Assembly: GCA_031362565.1 (NCBI GenBank)
Contig: JANLSU010000048.1
Span: 3,664 to 67,663 of the forward strand
Reading direction: 5' to 3'
From: a bacterium
GTDB taxonomy: Bacteria; Krumholzibacteriota; Krumholzibacteriia; G020349025
DNA: 64,000 bases
Both the position numbers and the translations under genes were made by a program. Within the stretch, counting starts at the first letter, position 1; each line of letters starts with the position of its first letter. This document shows positions 23,008 through 31,806 of the stretch, in pieces. The notes beneath the pieces were generated by a model, which was not told the DNA's origin, searched no databases, and worked only from the letters and a program-made list of their open reading frames with translations.

Positions 23008-24147
23008 ATGGCACTGGATACGATAGCCATCCAACGATTGTCCGCCGCGATCGCCGAAGCGATCGAGCAAGCAATAGCGCCGCTCACCGACGAGATCGAA
23101 CAACTGCGCGCCGCGGTCCTCGACTTGCAGGAAGCCGCGGGACAACCCGCGTCACCGGCGGCGCCGCCACGGACCACGCCAACGCTAGAGATACGCGTTC
23201 CGGCGCCGCGCGCCGCGGCCACGATGCGGACTCGCGGCATCACCCATACACAGACCTGTCGCGTGCCGAGGTGTCCGGCACCGGTGCTCGCCAAGGAATT
23301 GTGCGAGACCCATTATCGCGCCATGCGGCGCGCCTCGTCGGCTGGCGAAAAATTCGACCCGCGTACGCAGCGCCCCGCCGGCGCGCGGCCGGTGTCGCGC
23401 GCGTGTGAGGAGCCCGGCTGCGACGACGCCCACTACGCCCGCGGCCTGTGCCGGCGGCACTACATGACACTGCGCGCCCGGGAACGCGCTGCCGAGCGCG
23501 GCGGGCCCGCGCCGGTCACGGTCAGCCGGACGCGTGACACGGATGACGACCACGAATCGACGCGCCACGAGTTAGCGCCTTCGACACCGGCGCGCACCCC
23601 GGAATCGGTGCGGGCATTCGCCGCCGCGGAATTCGCCCCGACCTTCGACCTCGCGGTGGGCGGCGTGCCCGATCACAGCATCGTCGCAATGCCAACGGCG
23701 GAAGTCGTGGCGCGCGTCGTATCGCAGTATCGCGGCGGTCTCGCCAAAGTTGCGGAAGTCCTCGGGCGTAATCGCCGCACGCTCATGGAAATGCTCGAGA
23801 AACTCAATCTCATGGAGCACGTGGTCACCGTGCGCGCGACGGAACGCAAGCGGATCCTCGCAGCACCGCTCCGCGAACGCTTGGCGGACCTCCTGTTCCG
23901 GGAGAAACTGCTCGACGATCTCGGCTGCCTCAAGGAAGTCGACGAGTCGGCACGCGGCGAAATCCAACTGCGCTGTGCCAAGCTCGCCAAGACGTGCTCG
24001 ACGCAGGAAGAATTGTTTTCCAAGCTCGCGATCGAGTGCGGACTCGAGGACGCCGGGATCAAACGGCTCGTCTGGCGCTATGACCTCCGCCGCCAGCTCC
24101 GCGGCCTGAAGTCGGCACGCCCGGCGCCGACCCGCGTGCACCCTTGA
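23008..24147 (+). CDS. Putative DNA-binding regulator: two zinc-ribbon-like repeats (Cx3-4C...LCxxHY) plus a Fis-type HTH
   Basis: The repeats are CRVPRCPAPVLAKELCETHYRAMRR and CEEPGCDDAHYARGLCRRHYMTLR. The HTH is VVSQYRGGLAKVAEVLGRNRRTLMEMLEKLNL (Fis/NtrC C-terminal-like). The start is chosen at internal MALDTIAIQRL, because the ORF-track N-terminus is low complexity. Confidence 0.5.
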   Translation: MALDTIAIQRLSAAIAEAIEQAIAPLTDEIEQLRAAVLDLQEAAGQPASPAAPPRTTPTLEIRVPAPRAAATMRTRGITHTQTCRVPRCPAPVLAKELCETHYRAMRRASSAGEKFDPRTQRPAGARPVSRACEEPGCDDAHYARGLCRRHYMTLRARERAAERGGPAPVTVSRTRDTDDDHESTRHELAPSTPARTPESVRAFAAAEFAPTFDLAVGGVPDHSIVAMPTAEVVARVVSQYRGGLAKVAEVLGRNRRTLMEMLEKLNLMEHVVTVRATERKRILAAPLRERLADLLFREKLLDDLGCLKEVDESARGEIQLRCAKLAKTCSTQEELFSKLAIECGLEDAGIKRLVWRYDLRRQLRGLKSARPAPTRVHP

Positions 24148-24188
24148 ACCGGCACGCCGTTTGTCGCGGCGTCGCCGCCGCCTGACCG

Positions 24189-25364
24189 GTGAACCGCCGA
24201 GACGGCAGCCACCGGCGGCGATTTGAAGTCGCGTGCGTGGCGGCCGCCTGCCTCGCATTCGGTGGCTGTGGCCGGTCGGGAAACTGGATCGCGCCACAGT
24301 GGGCCGCGGAACCGCGCGCCGCGGAACCCGCGCCGGACGAAATCGACACCCGCCTGTTGCTCATCGGCGATGCGGGCTTACCCGAAATCGACGCGGTTGA
24401 ACCCGTCCTGCAGGCGTTGAGCGCCGAAGCCGCGACGCTCGCGGACCGCACTTGTATTGTCTTCCTCGGCGACAATGTGTATCCGCATGGCCTGCCGCCG
24501 GAAGCCGCCGGCGATCGAGCGCTGGCGGAGCGGCGCTTGAATGTGTCGCTGCAGGCAGCCGCCCGGTCCGGCGCGCGCGCCGTATTCGTGCCTGGCAATC
24601 ACGACTACGCCCTCGACGGCTGGGTTGGGTGGGAGCGCGAACGCGCCTGGATCGAGTCGCGAAATCACCCCGGTGTGCAAGCGCGACCGCTCCACGGCGG
24701 CCCCGGGCCGGACGTTCTCGACCTCGGCGCTCAGGCGCGCCTGGTCTTCCTGGACTCGGAACGGTGGCTCCAAGGCGGCGTGGCTGGGGCCGACCCGCGC
24801 CAGACCGACCGCCGCATGACCGCCCAACTGGACTCGGTGCTGGCGGCGGCGGGATCACGGCATGTCATCGTCATGGCCCACCATCCACGCGCCTCGCACG
24901 GCCCCCACGGCGGATTCTTCACGTGGCGCGACCACCTCTTTCCGCTGACGGCAGCGGCCTCGTGGGCGTGGATTCCGCTGCCGGTCGTCGGTTCGCTGTA
25001 CCCGCTCGCGCGCCGCCTCGGCATCACCCATCAGGATCTGTCGAGCGGCCGGTATCGCGCCCTGCGACGCGGCCTCGAGCAGGCATTCCTCCGCCACCCG
25101 CCGCTCGCTGCCGTGGGCGGCCACGAGCACACGCTTCAAGTGCTTGAATCGCCCGGTGGAGGCTGGAATCTGGTGAGCGGCGCCGGGACGATTTCGCGCT
25201 CCGAAGCCGTCGGCCAGGGCGCCGATTCGCGCTTCACTTGCGGTTGTCCGGGATTCATGAAGCTCGATCTTCTGCGCGACGGACGCGTCCGGCTCGAAGT
25301 CATCGAGGTCGACGCTGTGGGGCGCGTCTCCCGGCCGCTCGCGCGCTGGCTCGCGGCGCCATGA
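24189..25364 (+). CDS. Calcineurin-like metallophosphoesterase lipoprotein
   Basis: Lipobox AACLAFGGCG. Motifs IVFLGDNVYPHG, VPGNHDY, GHEH. Confidence 0.7.
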   Translation: MNRRDGSHRRRFEVACVAAACLAFGGCGRSGNWIAPQWAAEPRAAEPAPDEIDTRLLLIGDAGLPEIDAVEPVLQALSAEAATLADRTCIVFLGDNVYPHGLPPEAAGDRALAERRLNVSLQAAARSGARAVFVPGNHDYALDGWVGWERERAWIESRNHPGVQARPLHGGPGPDVLDLGAQARLVFLDSERWLQGGVAGADPRQTDRRMTAQLDSVLAAAGSRHVIVMAHHPRASHGPHGGFFTWRDHLFPLTAAASWAWIPLPVVGSLYPLARRLGITHQDLSSGRYRALRRGLEQAFLRHPPLAAVGGHEHTLQVLESPGGGWNLVSGAGTISRSEAVGQGADSRFTCGCPGFMKLDLLRDGRVRLEVIEVDAVGRVSRPLARWLAAP

Positions 25365-25456
25365 CGGTGCGCTGGTCGCGCGCCTCCCTGCTGGCGCCTG
25401 CCGCAGCAGCCCCGTAGACTGTCGGACAAGCGGCTCACTTCATCGGAGGCAGTGAC

Positions 25457-26854
25457 ATGGCGGACTTGCGCGTGCATTTCGCCGGCATCGAGTCCCCCAA
25501 TCCGTTCTGGCTCGCCTCGGGGCCGCCCACCAATTCGGGCGATCAAGTGCGCCGGGCCTTCGATCTGGGATGGGGCGGCGCGGTGTGGAAAACGGTCGGC
25601 GAGCCCATCGTCAACGTTTGCTCCCGTTACTCGTCGGTCGACTTCGGCGGCCAGCGCATGATGGGCCTCAACAACATCGAACTCATCAGCGACCGGCCGA
25701 TCGTCGAGAACCTGCGCGAGATCGCCGCCGTCAAGAAACAGTATCCGCGCCACACCGTCATCGTCTCGCTGATGGTGGAATCGACCCGCGAAGCGTGGCA
25801 CGACATCGTCAAGCGCGCCGAAGACACCGGTGCCGACGGGCTCGAGCTCAACTTCGGATGTCCGCATGGCATGAGCGAGCGCGGGATGGGCGCCGCAGTC
25901 GGCCAAGTGCCGGACTACACCTGCCAAATCGTCGAGTGGGTCAAGGAAGTGGCGCGCACGCCGGTCATCGTCAAGCTGACGCCGAACGTGACCGATGTGC
26001 GGTATATCGGCCGCGCCGCCGTCAAAGCCGGCGCCGATGCCGTGTCGCTCATCAACACCATCAACAGCATCACCGGCATCGATCTCGAGGACTTCGTGCC
26101 GCGGCCGCGGGTCGGCACATTGTCGTCGCACGGCGGCTACTGCGGCCCGGCGGTCAAACCCATCGCTTTGAACCTGGTGTCGCAGATCGGCACCGACGCC
26201 GATTGCCGGCGCATCCCGATGTCGGGGATCGGTGGCGTGACGTCATGGACCGATGCGGCCGAGTTCATCGCCCTCGGTTGTTCTACGGTGCAGGTTTGCA
26301 CCGCCGCCATGCACTACGGATTCCGCATCGTCGAGGACCTGGTGGACGGCCTCTCGGGGTGGATGGATGAACGCGGCTACGAGACGATCGAAGACTTCCG
26401 GGGCCGGGCGCTGCCGCACGTCAGCGATTGGGGCCATCTCGATCTCAACTATAAGATCGTGGCGCATATCGACACCGCCAAATGCATCGGCTGCCAACTG
26501 TGCTACGTCGCCTGTCAAGACACTGCACATCAGTGCATCTACGTGGGCGATGCGCTGGAAACGAACGGCACGCCGCGGGCGCCCAAGGGCGCCTCGGCAA
26601 GCGCCGGCCATGCACCGGCTTTCGTGCCCGAGGCGTTCCGGGTGCGCGGTGAACCGATGCGCGCGCCGGTCACCGGGCACGGCGTTTTGGGGCCGGAGAA
26701 CCTCGCGGCGCGCATCCCATGGGTCAAGGAAGACGACTGCGTCGGTTGCAACCTGTGCATGTTGGTGTGTCCGGTACCCGAGTGCATCACCATGGTCGAG
26801 CTCGACACCGGCCGTAAACCCGAGAGCTGGAACGAACGCCAGCGCCGCAAGTAA
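25457..26854 (+). CDS. Dihydropyrimidine dehydrogenase PreA-like subunit (DHOD-fold TIM barrel plus C-terminal 2x[4Fe-4S])
   Basis: GLELNFGCPHGMSERGMGAAVG, SLINTINSITGIDLE, then CIGCQLCYVACQD and CVGCNLCMLVCP ferredoxin motifs. Confidence 0.8.
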   Translation: MADLRVHFAGIESPNPFWLASGPPTNSGDQVRRAFDLGWGGAVWKTVGEPIVNVCSRYSSVDFGGQRMMGLNNIELISDRPIVENLREIAAVKKQYPRHTVIVSLMVESTREAWHDIVKRAEDTGADGLELNFGCPHGMSERGMGAAVGQVPDYTCQIVEWVKEVARTPVIVKLTPNVTDVRYIGRAAVKAGADAVSLINTINSITGIDLEDFVPRPRVGTLSSHGGYCGPAVKPIALNLVSQIGTDADCRRIPMSGIGGVTSWTDAAEFIALGCSTVQVCTAAMHYGFRIVEDLVDGLSGWMDERGYETIEDFRGRALPHVSDWGHLDLNYKIVAHIDTAKCIGCQLCYVACQDTAHQCIYVGDALETNGTPRAPKGASASAGHAPAFVPEAFRVRGEPMRAPVTGHGVLGPENLAARIPWVKEDDCVGCNLCMLVCPVPECITMVELDTGRKPESWNERQRRK

Positions 26855-27186
26855 TGCAACCGGACGTCCTCGACACGACGGCGATCGAATGGCGCAACTT
26901 CGCGGACGCTCCCGGCGTGCGCTACAAAGTGCTGCGGCATCACGCCGGCCGCACCGGCATCACGTTGCTGTTGGAATTCGCGCCCGGTGCGTCCTATCCG
27001 GTACACCGGCATCCCGGCGGCGAGGAATACTACGTGCTGCAGGGCGTGCTCCAGGATGGGCGGCGCGAATACGGCGCCCACACTTTCGTTTGGCATCCCC
27101 CCGGTTCGGTGCACCGGCCGGCGAGCCGCTCCGGATGTACGCTCCTCATCACCTTGCCGGCGCACATCGAGCGGCTCGATGACTGA
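26854..27186 (+). CDS. Cupin-domain protein (ChrR-like)
   Basis: 110 aa; HRHPGGEEYYVLQGV...HPPGSVH cupin motifs. The start overlaps the PreA stop (TAATG). Confidence 0.55.
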   Translation: MQPDVLDTTAIEWRNFADAPGVRYKVLRHHAGRTGITLLLEFAPGASYPVHRHPGGEEYYVLQGVLQDGRREYGAHTFVWHPPGSVHRPASRSGCTLLITLPAHIERLDD

Positions 27187-28246
27187 CGCTCCCGCGGCGC
27201 GCTACGACATCGGCGCATTGTTGCCGGGCGTCGGGGTATTCGGCGGCGTGCGCCGTTTCCTCGCCTTGGGGAACGAACTCGTGTCGCGCGGCCATCGCTT
27301 CACGCTCTACCACCCGGCCGGTGAGCCGCCCACCTGGATGCCGTTTACGGGCCTGACCCGCCCACTCGCCGGGCTCGATGCCGGGCGCCACGACGTCCTC
27401 CTCTGCGGCGAGCCGACACTTCTGCCGTTGTTCGAGGCGGCGAGCGCCCGTCTCAAGCTCTTCTATTGTGTGCTCGAGAAACTGCCCGGCGAGCGGCACA
27501 TCGTGCGGCATCCCGGCTGGGTCGTGGTCGCGAATTCGACGGGCATCCGCGACCGGCTCTGGCGGCGCTACCGGGTACGGGCCGAGCCCGCCATCGGCGG
27601 CGTCGATCTGGCGCTGTTCCACCCCATGGGCCCCTGGCCACCCGCCCGCCGCGAGCCGTTTCGCGTTCTGGCGTACGGGCGCTTCTCCCGGGCCCGCAAG
27701 GGCTCGGCCCTCGTCCTGCGCGCCGCCGAGGCACTCGCGGCCGGGCTTGCGGCGGCGCGACCGCGGCGGGAACCCGCGAACGTCCAACCCGTGCAACTCG
27801 TCCTCTTCGACCACGTGGGCCCGGGCAACGAACAAGACCCGCGCTCCAACCTGGCGGCGCGGCTGCCGGTCGAATTCCACCTCAACCTGGCCCAGCCGGA
27901 CTTGGCGGCGCTGTACTCGAGCTGCGACGTCTTCGTCAGCGCCGAGCGGCGGGCCGGTTGGAACAACACGGTCGCCGAAGCCATGGCCTGCGGCCTGCCG
28001 GTCGTCTGCACCGCGAGCGGCACGCGCGACTTGGCGCGGCACCACTCGACCGCTTGGCTGGTGCGCTGGCGGCACCCTTTCTTTCTCAGCCGCGGCCTGG
28101 CGGCGCTCGAGCGCGACCCGGCGCTTCGCGACCGCCTGCGAGCCGGGGCGCTGGAGCGGGTTCGGGGCTACGGCTGGCCGGCGGTGGCGGATCAGATCGA
28201 GGCGGTGATCGCCCGTCGCCTCGACCGGCAGTCGCCGCGGTCTTGA
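27179..28246 (+). CDS. GT4-family glycosyltransferase
   Basis: Start at internal MTDAPAARYDIGALLPGVGVFGGVRRFL. The C-terminal motif is SAERRAGWNNTVAEAMACGLPVVCT. It overlaps the cupin gene end by 8 nt. Confidence 0.7.
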   Translation: MTDAPAARYDIGALLPGVGVFGGVRRFLALGNELVSRGHRFTLYHPAGEPPTWMPFTGLTRPLAGLDAGRHDVLLCGEPTLLPLFEAASARLKLFYCVLEKLPGERHIVRHPGWVVVANSTGIRDRLWRRYRVRAEPAIGGVDLALFHPMGPWPPARREPFRVLAYGRFSRARKGSALVLRAAEALAAGLAAARPRREPANVQPVQLVLFDHVGPGNEQDPRSNLAARLPVEFHLNLAQPDLAALYSSCDVFVSAERRAGWNNTVAEAMACGLPVVCTASGTRDLARHHSTAWLVRWRHPFFLSRGLAALERDPALRDRLRAGALERVRGYGWPAVADQIEAVIARRLDRQSPRS

Positions 28247-28602
28247 ATCCGGGGCCGGCGGGCCGCCGCCACGACGACGCGGACGTGCGCAACTGCTTTG
28301 CACCCTTTGACTTTCAGTCGCGACTCGCGATACCATGGGGGCACTGCTGGTCGCCCTGCGGGTCCATTCTGCCGTGGATCGGATTCGCGCCCCTCTCGCT
28401 CCAGTGTTGCACGCGGAGCAGCGAGGTTCGAAGGCAGCGGAGGAAGAGCAGCCGACGCGGTTTGGAAACGAACGCGCGTCGAATGAGATCACAGCTGTGG
28501 TGCTGATCGTTTGCACCCGACGTTGCGTTGTATCCACGCTGTGCCCGTCGTATCTGCGCCCACCTACGCGCGGATTCGGCTCGCAAGGGGGAAACCGATC
28601 CG

Positions 28603-29271
28603 ATGAAGAGAGTGTCGTTGCTCACCACGGCCGCCATGCTCCTGCTCGCGGGAAGCGCTGCGGCCCAGAACGCTCTGATCGACTATCAGGGCTACTCCTA
28701 CGAGACCGGTGGATTTCCGGTCAGCAATCCCGGCGACGTTTTGTCGATCGTCGGGGTCGTCGACAATCTCGATGCACGCTTCGGCGTGAATCTGGCCGTT
28801 GACGAAGTAACTCTGTACGTCACGAATCTCGTTTCGACGGGCCAGGTCGACCAGGGCGGCGGAGTCCTCTCCATCGCCTACGGCGGCGGCTCCATCGATC
28901 TGTACCGCGACCCGAGCCGTGATCACGATTACGGCATCTCGCCGCCCAACGCGACCGCACCGTCGACGTTCACGAACGGCGCATTGTTCCTGGGCGGAAC
29001 GCTCAACAGTTTCTTCATGTTCTACGATTCCGCGACCGGCAGCGGGGCGTACGAAGGCAATGCGTCCTTCACGGCAGGAAGCGGTTTGGTGACGCTGAAC
29101 CAGTTGAATGCGGCAGGATACACATTTGGTGGAACCCTCGGTTCCGCAGCATCCGGTGGCAACGTTCCGGCGGGTTACGACCTGCAGGTCGACGGCGTCA
29201 TCGAAGTCGAAGTCATCGTCGGCGTCGAGCAGAAGAGCTGGGGCGCCGTGAAGGACCTGTACCGCCGCTGA
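28603..29271 (+). CDS. Secreted paralog A1 of a novel Gly/Thr/Ser/Asn-rich family with a conserved C-terminal module
   Basis: Signal MKRVSLLTTAAMLLLAGSAAAQ. RBS AAGGGGG upstream. The C-terminus is NVPAGYDLQVDGVIEVEVIVGVEQKSWGAVKDLYRR. It shares ~65% identity with A2. Confidence 0.7.
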   Translation: MKRVSLLTTAAMLLLAGSAAAQNALIDYQGYSYETGGFPVSNPGDVLSIVGVVDNLDARFGVNLAVDEVTLYVTNLVSTGQVDQGGGVLSIAYGGGSIDLYRDPSRDHDYGISPPNATAPSTFTNGALFLGGTLNSFFMFYDSATGSGAYEGNASFTAGSGLVTLNQLNAAGYTFGGTLGSAASGGNVPAGYDLQVDGVIEVEVIVGVEQKSWGAVKDLYRR

Positions 29272-29335
29272 TCGCGGTCGAACCCAATTTGTCGAACACA
29301 CACATCGTAGGATGAGGTTCGTTCCGGAGGTTTTC

Positions 29336-29959
29336 ATGCACATCAAAGCGACTGCAGCTTCGCTGGCCGTGGTGGCGTTGCTGGCCAGCGCCGGTGCCGC
29401 GGTGGCGGATCCGCCCAACTTCGATTTCTTCGGCTACGCGCAGGTCCCGGCAGCGCCCGGGGGCGGACTCATCGTCCGCAGCGTGTTGACGAACAACGGG
29501 GTCGTCCCGACGCCCATCGTTCTCGACTTCACCACCAAGCAGTACACACTGGTGATCACCGGCACGTTCGCAAGCGCCGCCGGCATCGCGCAGCAGTACA
29601 GCGGCGGTACGTTGTCGATCTACGAGGACGCGATCGGCGGCGGAACGGCGGCAAACTATGCGAGCCCGGCGACCTTCACCGACGGCACGTTGATTCTGAC
29701 CGGCGTCGTGGACGGCAACCTGACCCGCAACACGTTCACGCCGACGCTCGGCAACTTCATTGCCAAGATCGACTTCACCGGCGGCACCCGCTTGGGGAGC
29801 CTGAGCACGCCCCAGGACTGGCCGTGCGGCGGCGGCTGGAGCCGGAGCGTTTCCGGGATCCCGGCCGGCTACCAAGAGAACTGGGACGGCAAGATCGACC
29901 TCGCGGTCGTTGGCGTCGAGAGCAAGAGCTGGGAAGGCGTCAAGGCCCTCTACCGCTGA
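29336..29959 (+). CDS. Secreted paralog B1 (second subfamily)
   Basis: Signal MHIKATAASLAVVALLASAGAAVA. GGAGG RBS. DPPNFDFFGYAQV...; the C-terminus is GIPAGYQENWDGKIDLAVVGVESKSWEGVKALYR. It lies 65 nt downstream of A1. Confidence 0.7.
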   Translation: MHIKATAASLAVVALLASAGAAVADPPNFDFFGYAQVPAAPGGGLIVRSVLTNNGVVPTPIVLDFTTKQYTLVITGTFASAAGIAQQYSGGTLSIYEDAIGGGTAANYASPATFTDGTLILTGVVDGNLTRNTFTPTLGNFIAKIDFTGGTRLGSLSTPQDWPCGGGWSRSVSGIPAGYQENWDGKIDLAVVGVESKSWEGVKALYR

Positions 29960-29986
29960 TCTCGAGCCCCGATCCGCTGCACACTC

Positions 29987-30014
29987 GGCCCGGCTTCCTC
30001 CTGGAGGCCGGGCC
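29987..30014 (+). terminator. Terminator-like hairpin after B1
   Basis: GGCCCGGCTTCC-tcct-GGAGGCCGGGCC (one mismatch in the stem), 28 nt after the stop. Confidence 0.4.
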
Positions 30015-30402
30015 GAATGCTTTTGGGGCCGGTTTGCCCCCTCACCCAGGGACCGGCGGCGCCTGGAACCGAATAAGATTCGGAACGAGCGCGACTTGTC
30101 GCCAAGCAGCGGTTTGACTTTCCAGGCTCCGGCCTGATAGGATGGCCGCGATCCGTACAGCAGCCCTCGGAGCGATTCACGTTCTCTGCACGTTGATCGT
30201 TTTGGGAAAAGCCGCCGGAGTCATCTTTCGAACTGCTGGCATCACGATTCATGCATGCACCAGCTCGCGGTTCGGTTGCCGTCCGAGTGTTCAGCGACAC
30301 GCGATGGAGTCCGTCTCCTCTGCACTTGTGGTTCGACATCTGCGCCGTCACCGTTGACGCGAATCGCGCGACAGCGTGACCTCGTAGGGAGGGAAGCCTC
30401 GG

Positions 30403-31071
30403 ATGAAAAAAACCAACTTCATGATCGCCGCGATGGCGCTTTTGGTGAGCAGCGCCGCTCACGCGAACGTTGCCATCATCGACTACCAAGGCTACGCGTG
30501 GGAAACGGGCGGCTTGCCGCTCAGTAATCCCGGCGATGTGCTCTCGGTTGTGGGCGTCGTCGACGCGCTCGACGCCAGCTTCGGCGTCAACCTGTTGATC
30601 GACGAAGTCACGGTCTACGCCTCGGGTCTCGTGTCGACCGGCCAAATCGACCTGGGCGGTGGGGTGCTTTCCGTGTCGTACACCGGCGGCACGCTCGAGC
30701 TCTGGCGCGATCCAAGCCGCGACCACGACTACGGTGTGTCGCCGCCGAACACCACCGCACCGCCGACGTTCGTAAACGGCGGGCTCTTCTTGGGCGGCAC
30801 GTTCCAGAATTTCTTCCTGTTCCTCGACACGTCCACCGGGACCGGCGCTTTCCAGGGCGACGTCGCCTTCACGGCCGGCAGTGGAATCGCGGCGCTGAGC
30901 GCCCTGCAGCCCAACGGGTTCACGTTCGGAGGAACCTTGAATTCGGCGGCGTCCGGCGGCAACGTGCCGGCGGGATACGACATGCAAGTCGACGGAACGC
31001 TGCAAGTAGAAATCGTCACGGGCGTCGAGGACAAGAGCTGGGGCGCCGTGAAGGAAATGTACAGACGGTAA
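30403..31071 (+). CDS. Secreted paralog A2
   Basis: Signal MKKTNFMIAAMALLVSSAAHA. Collinear with A1. The C-terminus is ...EDKSWGAVKEMYRR. Confidence 0.7.
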   Translation: MKKTNFMIAAMALLVSSAAHANVAIIDYQGYAWETGGLPLSNPGDVLSVVGVVDALDASFGVNLLIDEVTVYASGLVSTGQIDLGGGVLSVSYTGGTLELWRDPSRDHDYGVSPPNTTAPPTFVNGGLFLGGTFQNFFLFLDTSTGTGAFQGDVAFTAGSGIAALSALQPNGFTFGGTLNSAASGGNVPAGYDMQVDGTLQVEIVTGVEDKSWGAVKEMYRR

Positions 31072-31119
31072 TCGGGCGACATCGCTTCAACCCTTGGCAA
31101 CGCGGTCCCGGAGGTTCAA

Positions 31120-31743
31120 ATGAGAGTGAAAGTTCTCGCTGCTGCGCTGGCTCTGGGGGCGCTGGTGACCAGCCCAGTCGCCCGGGCGGCCGATCCGCCA
31201 AACTTCGACTTCAACGGCTACGCCCAGGTGTCGGACGTGCTCGCCAGCAGCCTGACCATGCGTAGCGTGCTCACGAACAACGGCGTCGTGCCGACGCCGA
31301 TCGTGCTCGATTTCACGACCAAGCAGTACACGCTCGTCCTCACGGGGACGCTGAGCAGCATCGTGGGCATCGCGCGCAACTACTCGGCAGCGACGTGCGC
31401 GGTCTACGAAGATGCAATCGGCGGCGGCACCGCGGCGGACTACGCGAATCCCGCCACCTTCACCGACGGCACCGTGATTCTGTCGGGGAACTTCGATGGT
31501 TTCCTGGTGCGCAACCGGTTCACGGCGACGCTCGGCAATTTCATCGGCAAAGTTGATTTCAACGCCGGAACGCGCCTCGGGGACATGGTGACGGCACAGG
31601 ACTGGCCGTGCGGCGGCGGTTGGAGCCGGACGGTGTCCGGGATCCCGGCCGGCTACCAGGAGAACTGGGACGGCAAGATCGACCTCGCACCGGTCGGAGT
31701 CAACAACCTGGGCTGGGACGGCGTGAAGCAGCTCTTCCGCTGA
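31120..31743 (+). CDS. Secreted paralog B2
   Basis: Signal MRVKVLAAALALGALVTSPVARA. Collinear with B1. The C-terminus is GIPAGYQENWDGKIDLAPVGVNNLGWDGVKQLFR. Confidence 0.7.
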   Translation: MRVKVLAAALALGALVTSPVARAADPPNFDFNGYAQVSDVLASSLTMRSVLTNNGVVPTPIVLDFTTKQYTLVLTGTLSSIVGIARNYSAATCAVYEDAIGGGTAADYANPATFTDGTVILSGNFDGFLVRNRFTATLGNFIGKVDFNAGTRLGDMVTAQDWPCGGGWSRTVSGIPAGYQENWDGKIDLAPVGVNNLGWDGVKQLFR

Positions 31744-31767
31744 GCCTTTGCAAAGAATCACCGCGGG

Positions 31768-31803
31768 AACGGCCTGGTCTTCGGACCGGGCCGTTTTCTT
31801 TCG
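31768..31803 (+). terminator. Rho-independent terminator (hairpin with TTCG tetraloop plus a T-tract)
   Basis: AACGGCCTGGTC-ttcg-GACCGGGCCGTT is followed by TTTCTTTC, 25 nt after the B2 stop. Confidence 0.55.
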
Positions 31804-31806
31804 GTG

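Noticed and set aside
25457-26854. Linking the PreA-like gene to the GltD/PreT-like gene of the respiratory operon as a split dihydropyrimidine dehydrogenase
   Set aside because: The two genes are ~18 kb apart, on opposite strands, in different operons. The GltD-like protein carries its own ferredoxin domain and is ATGA-coupled to Rieske/cyt b.
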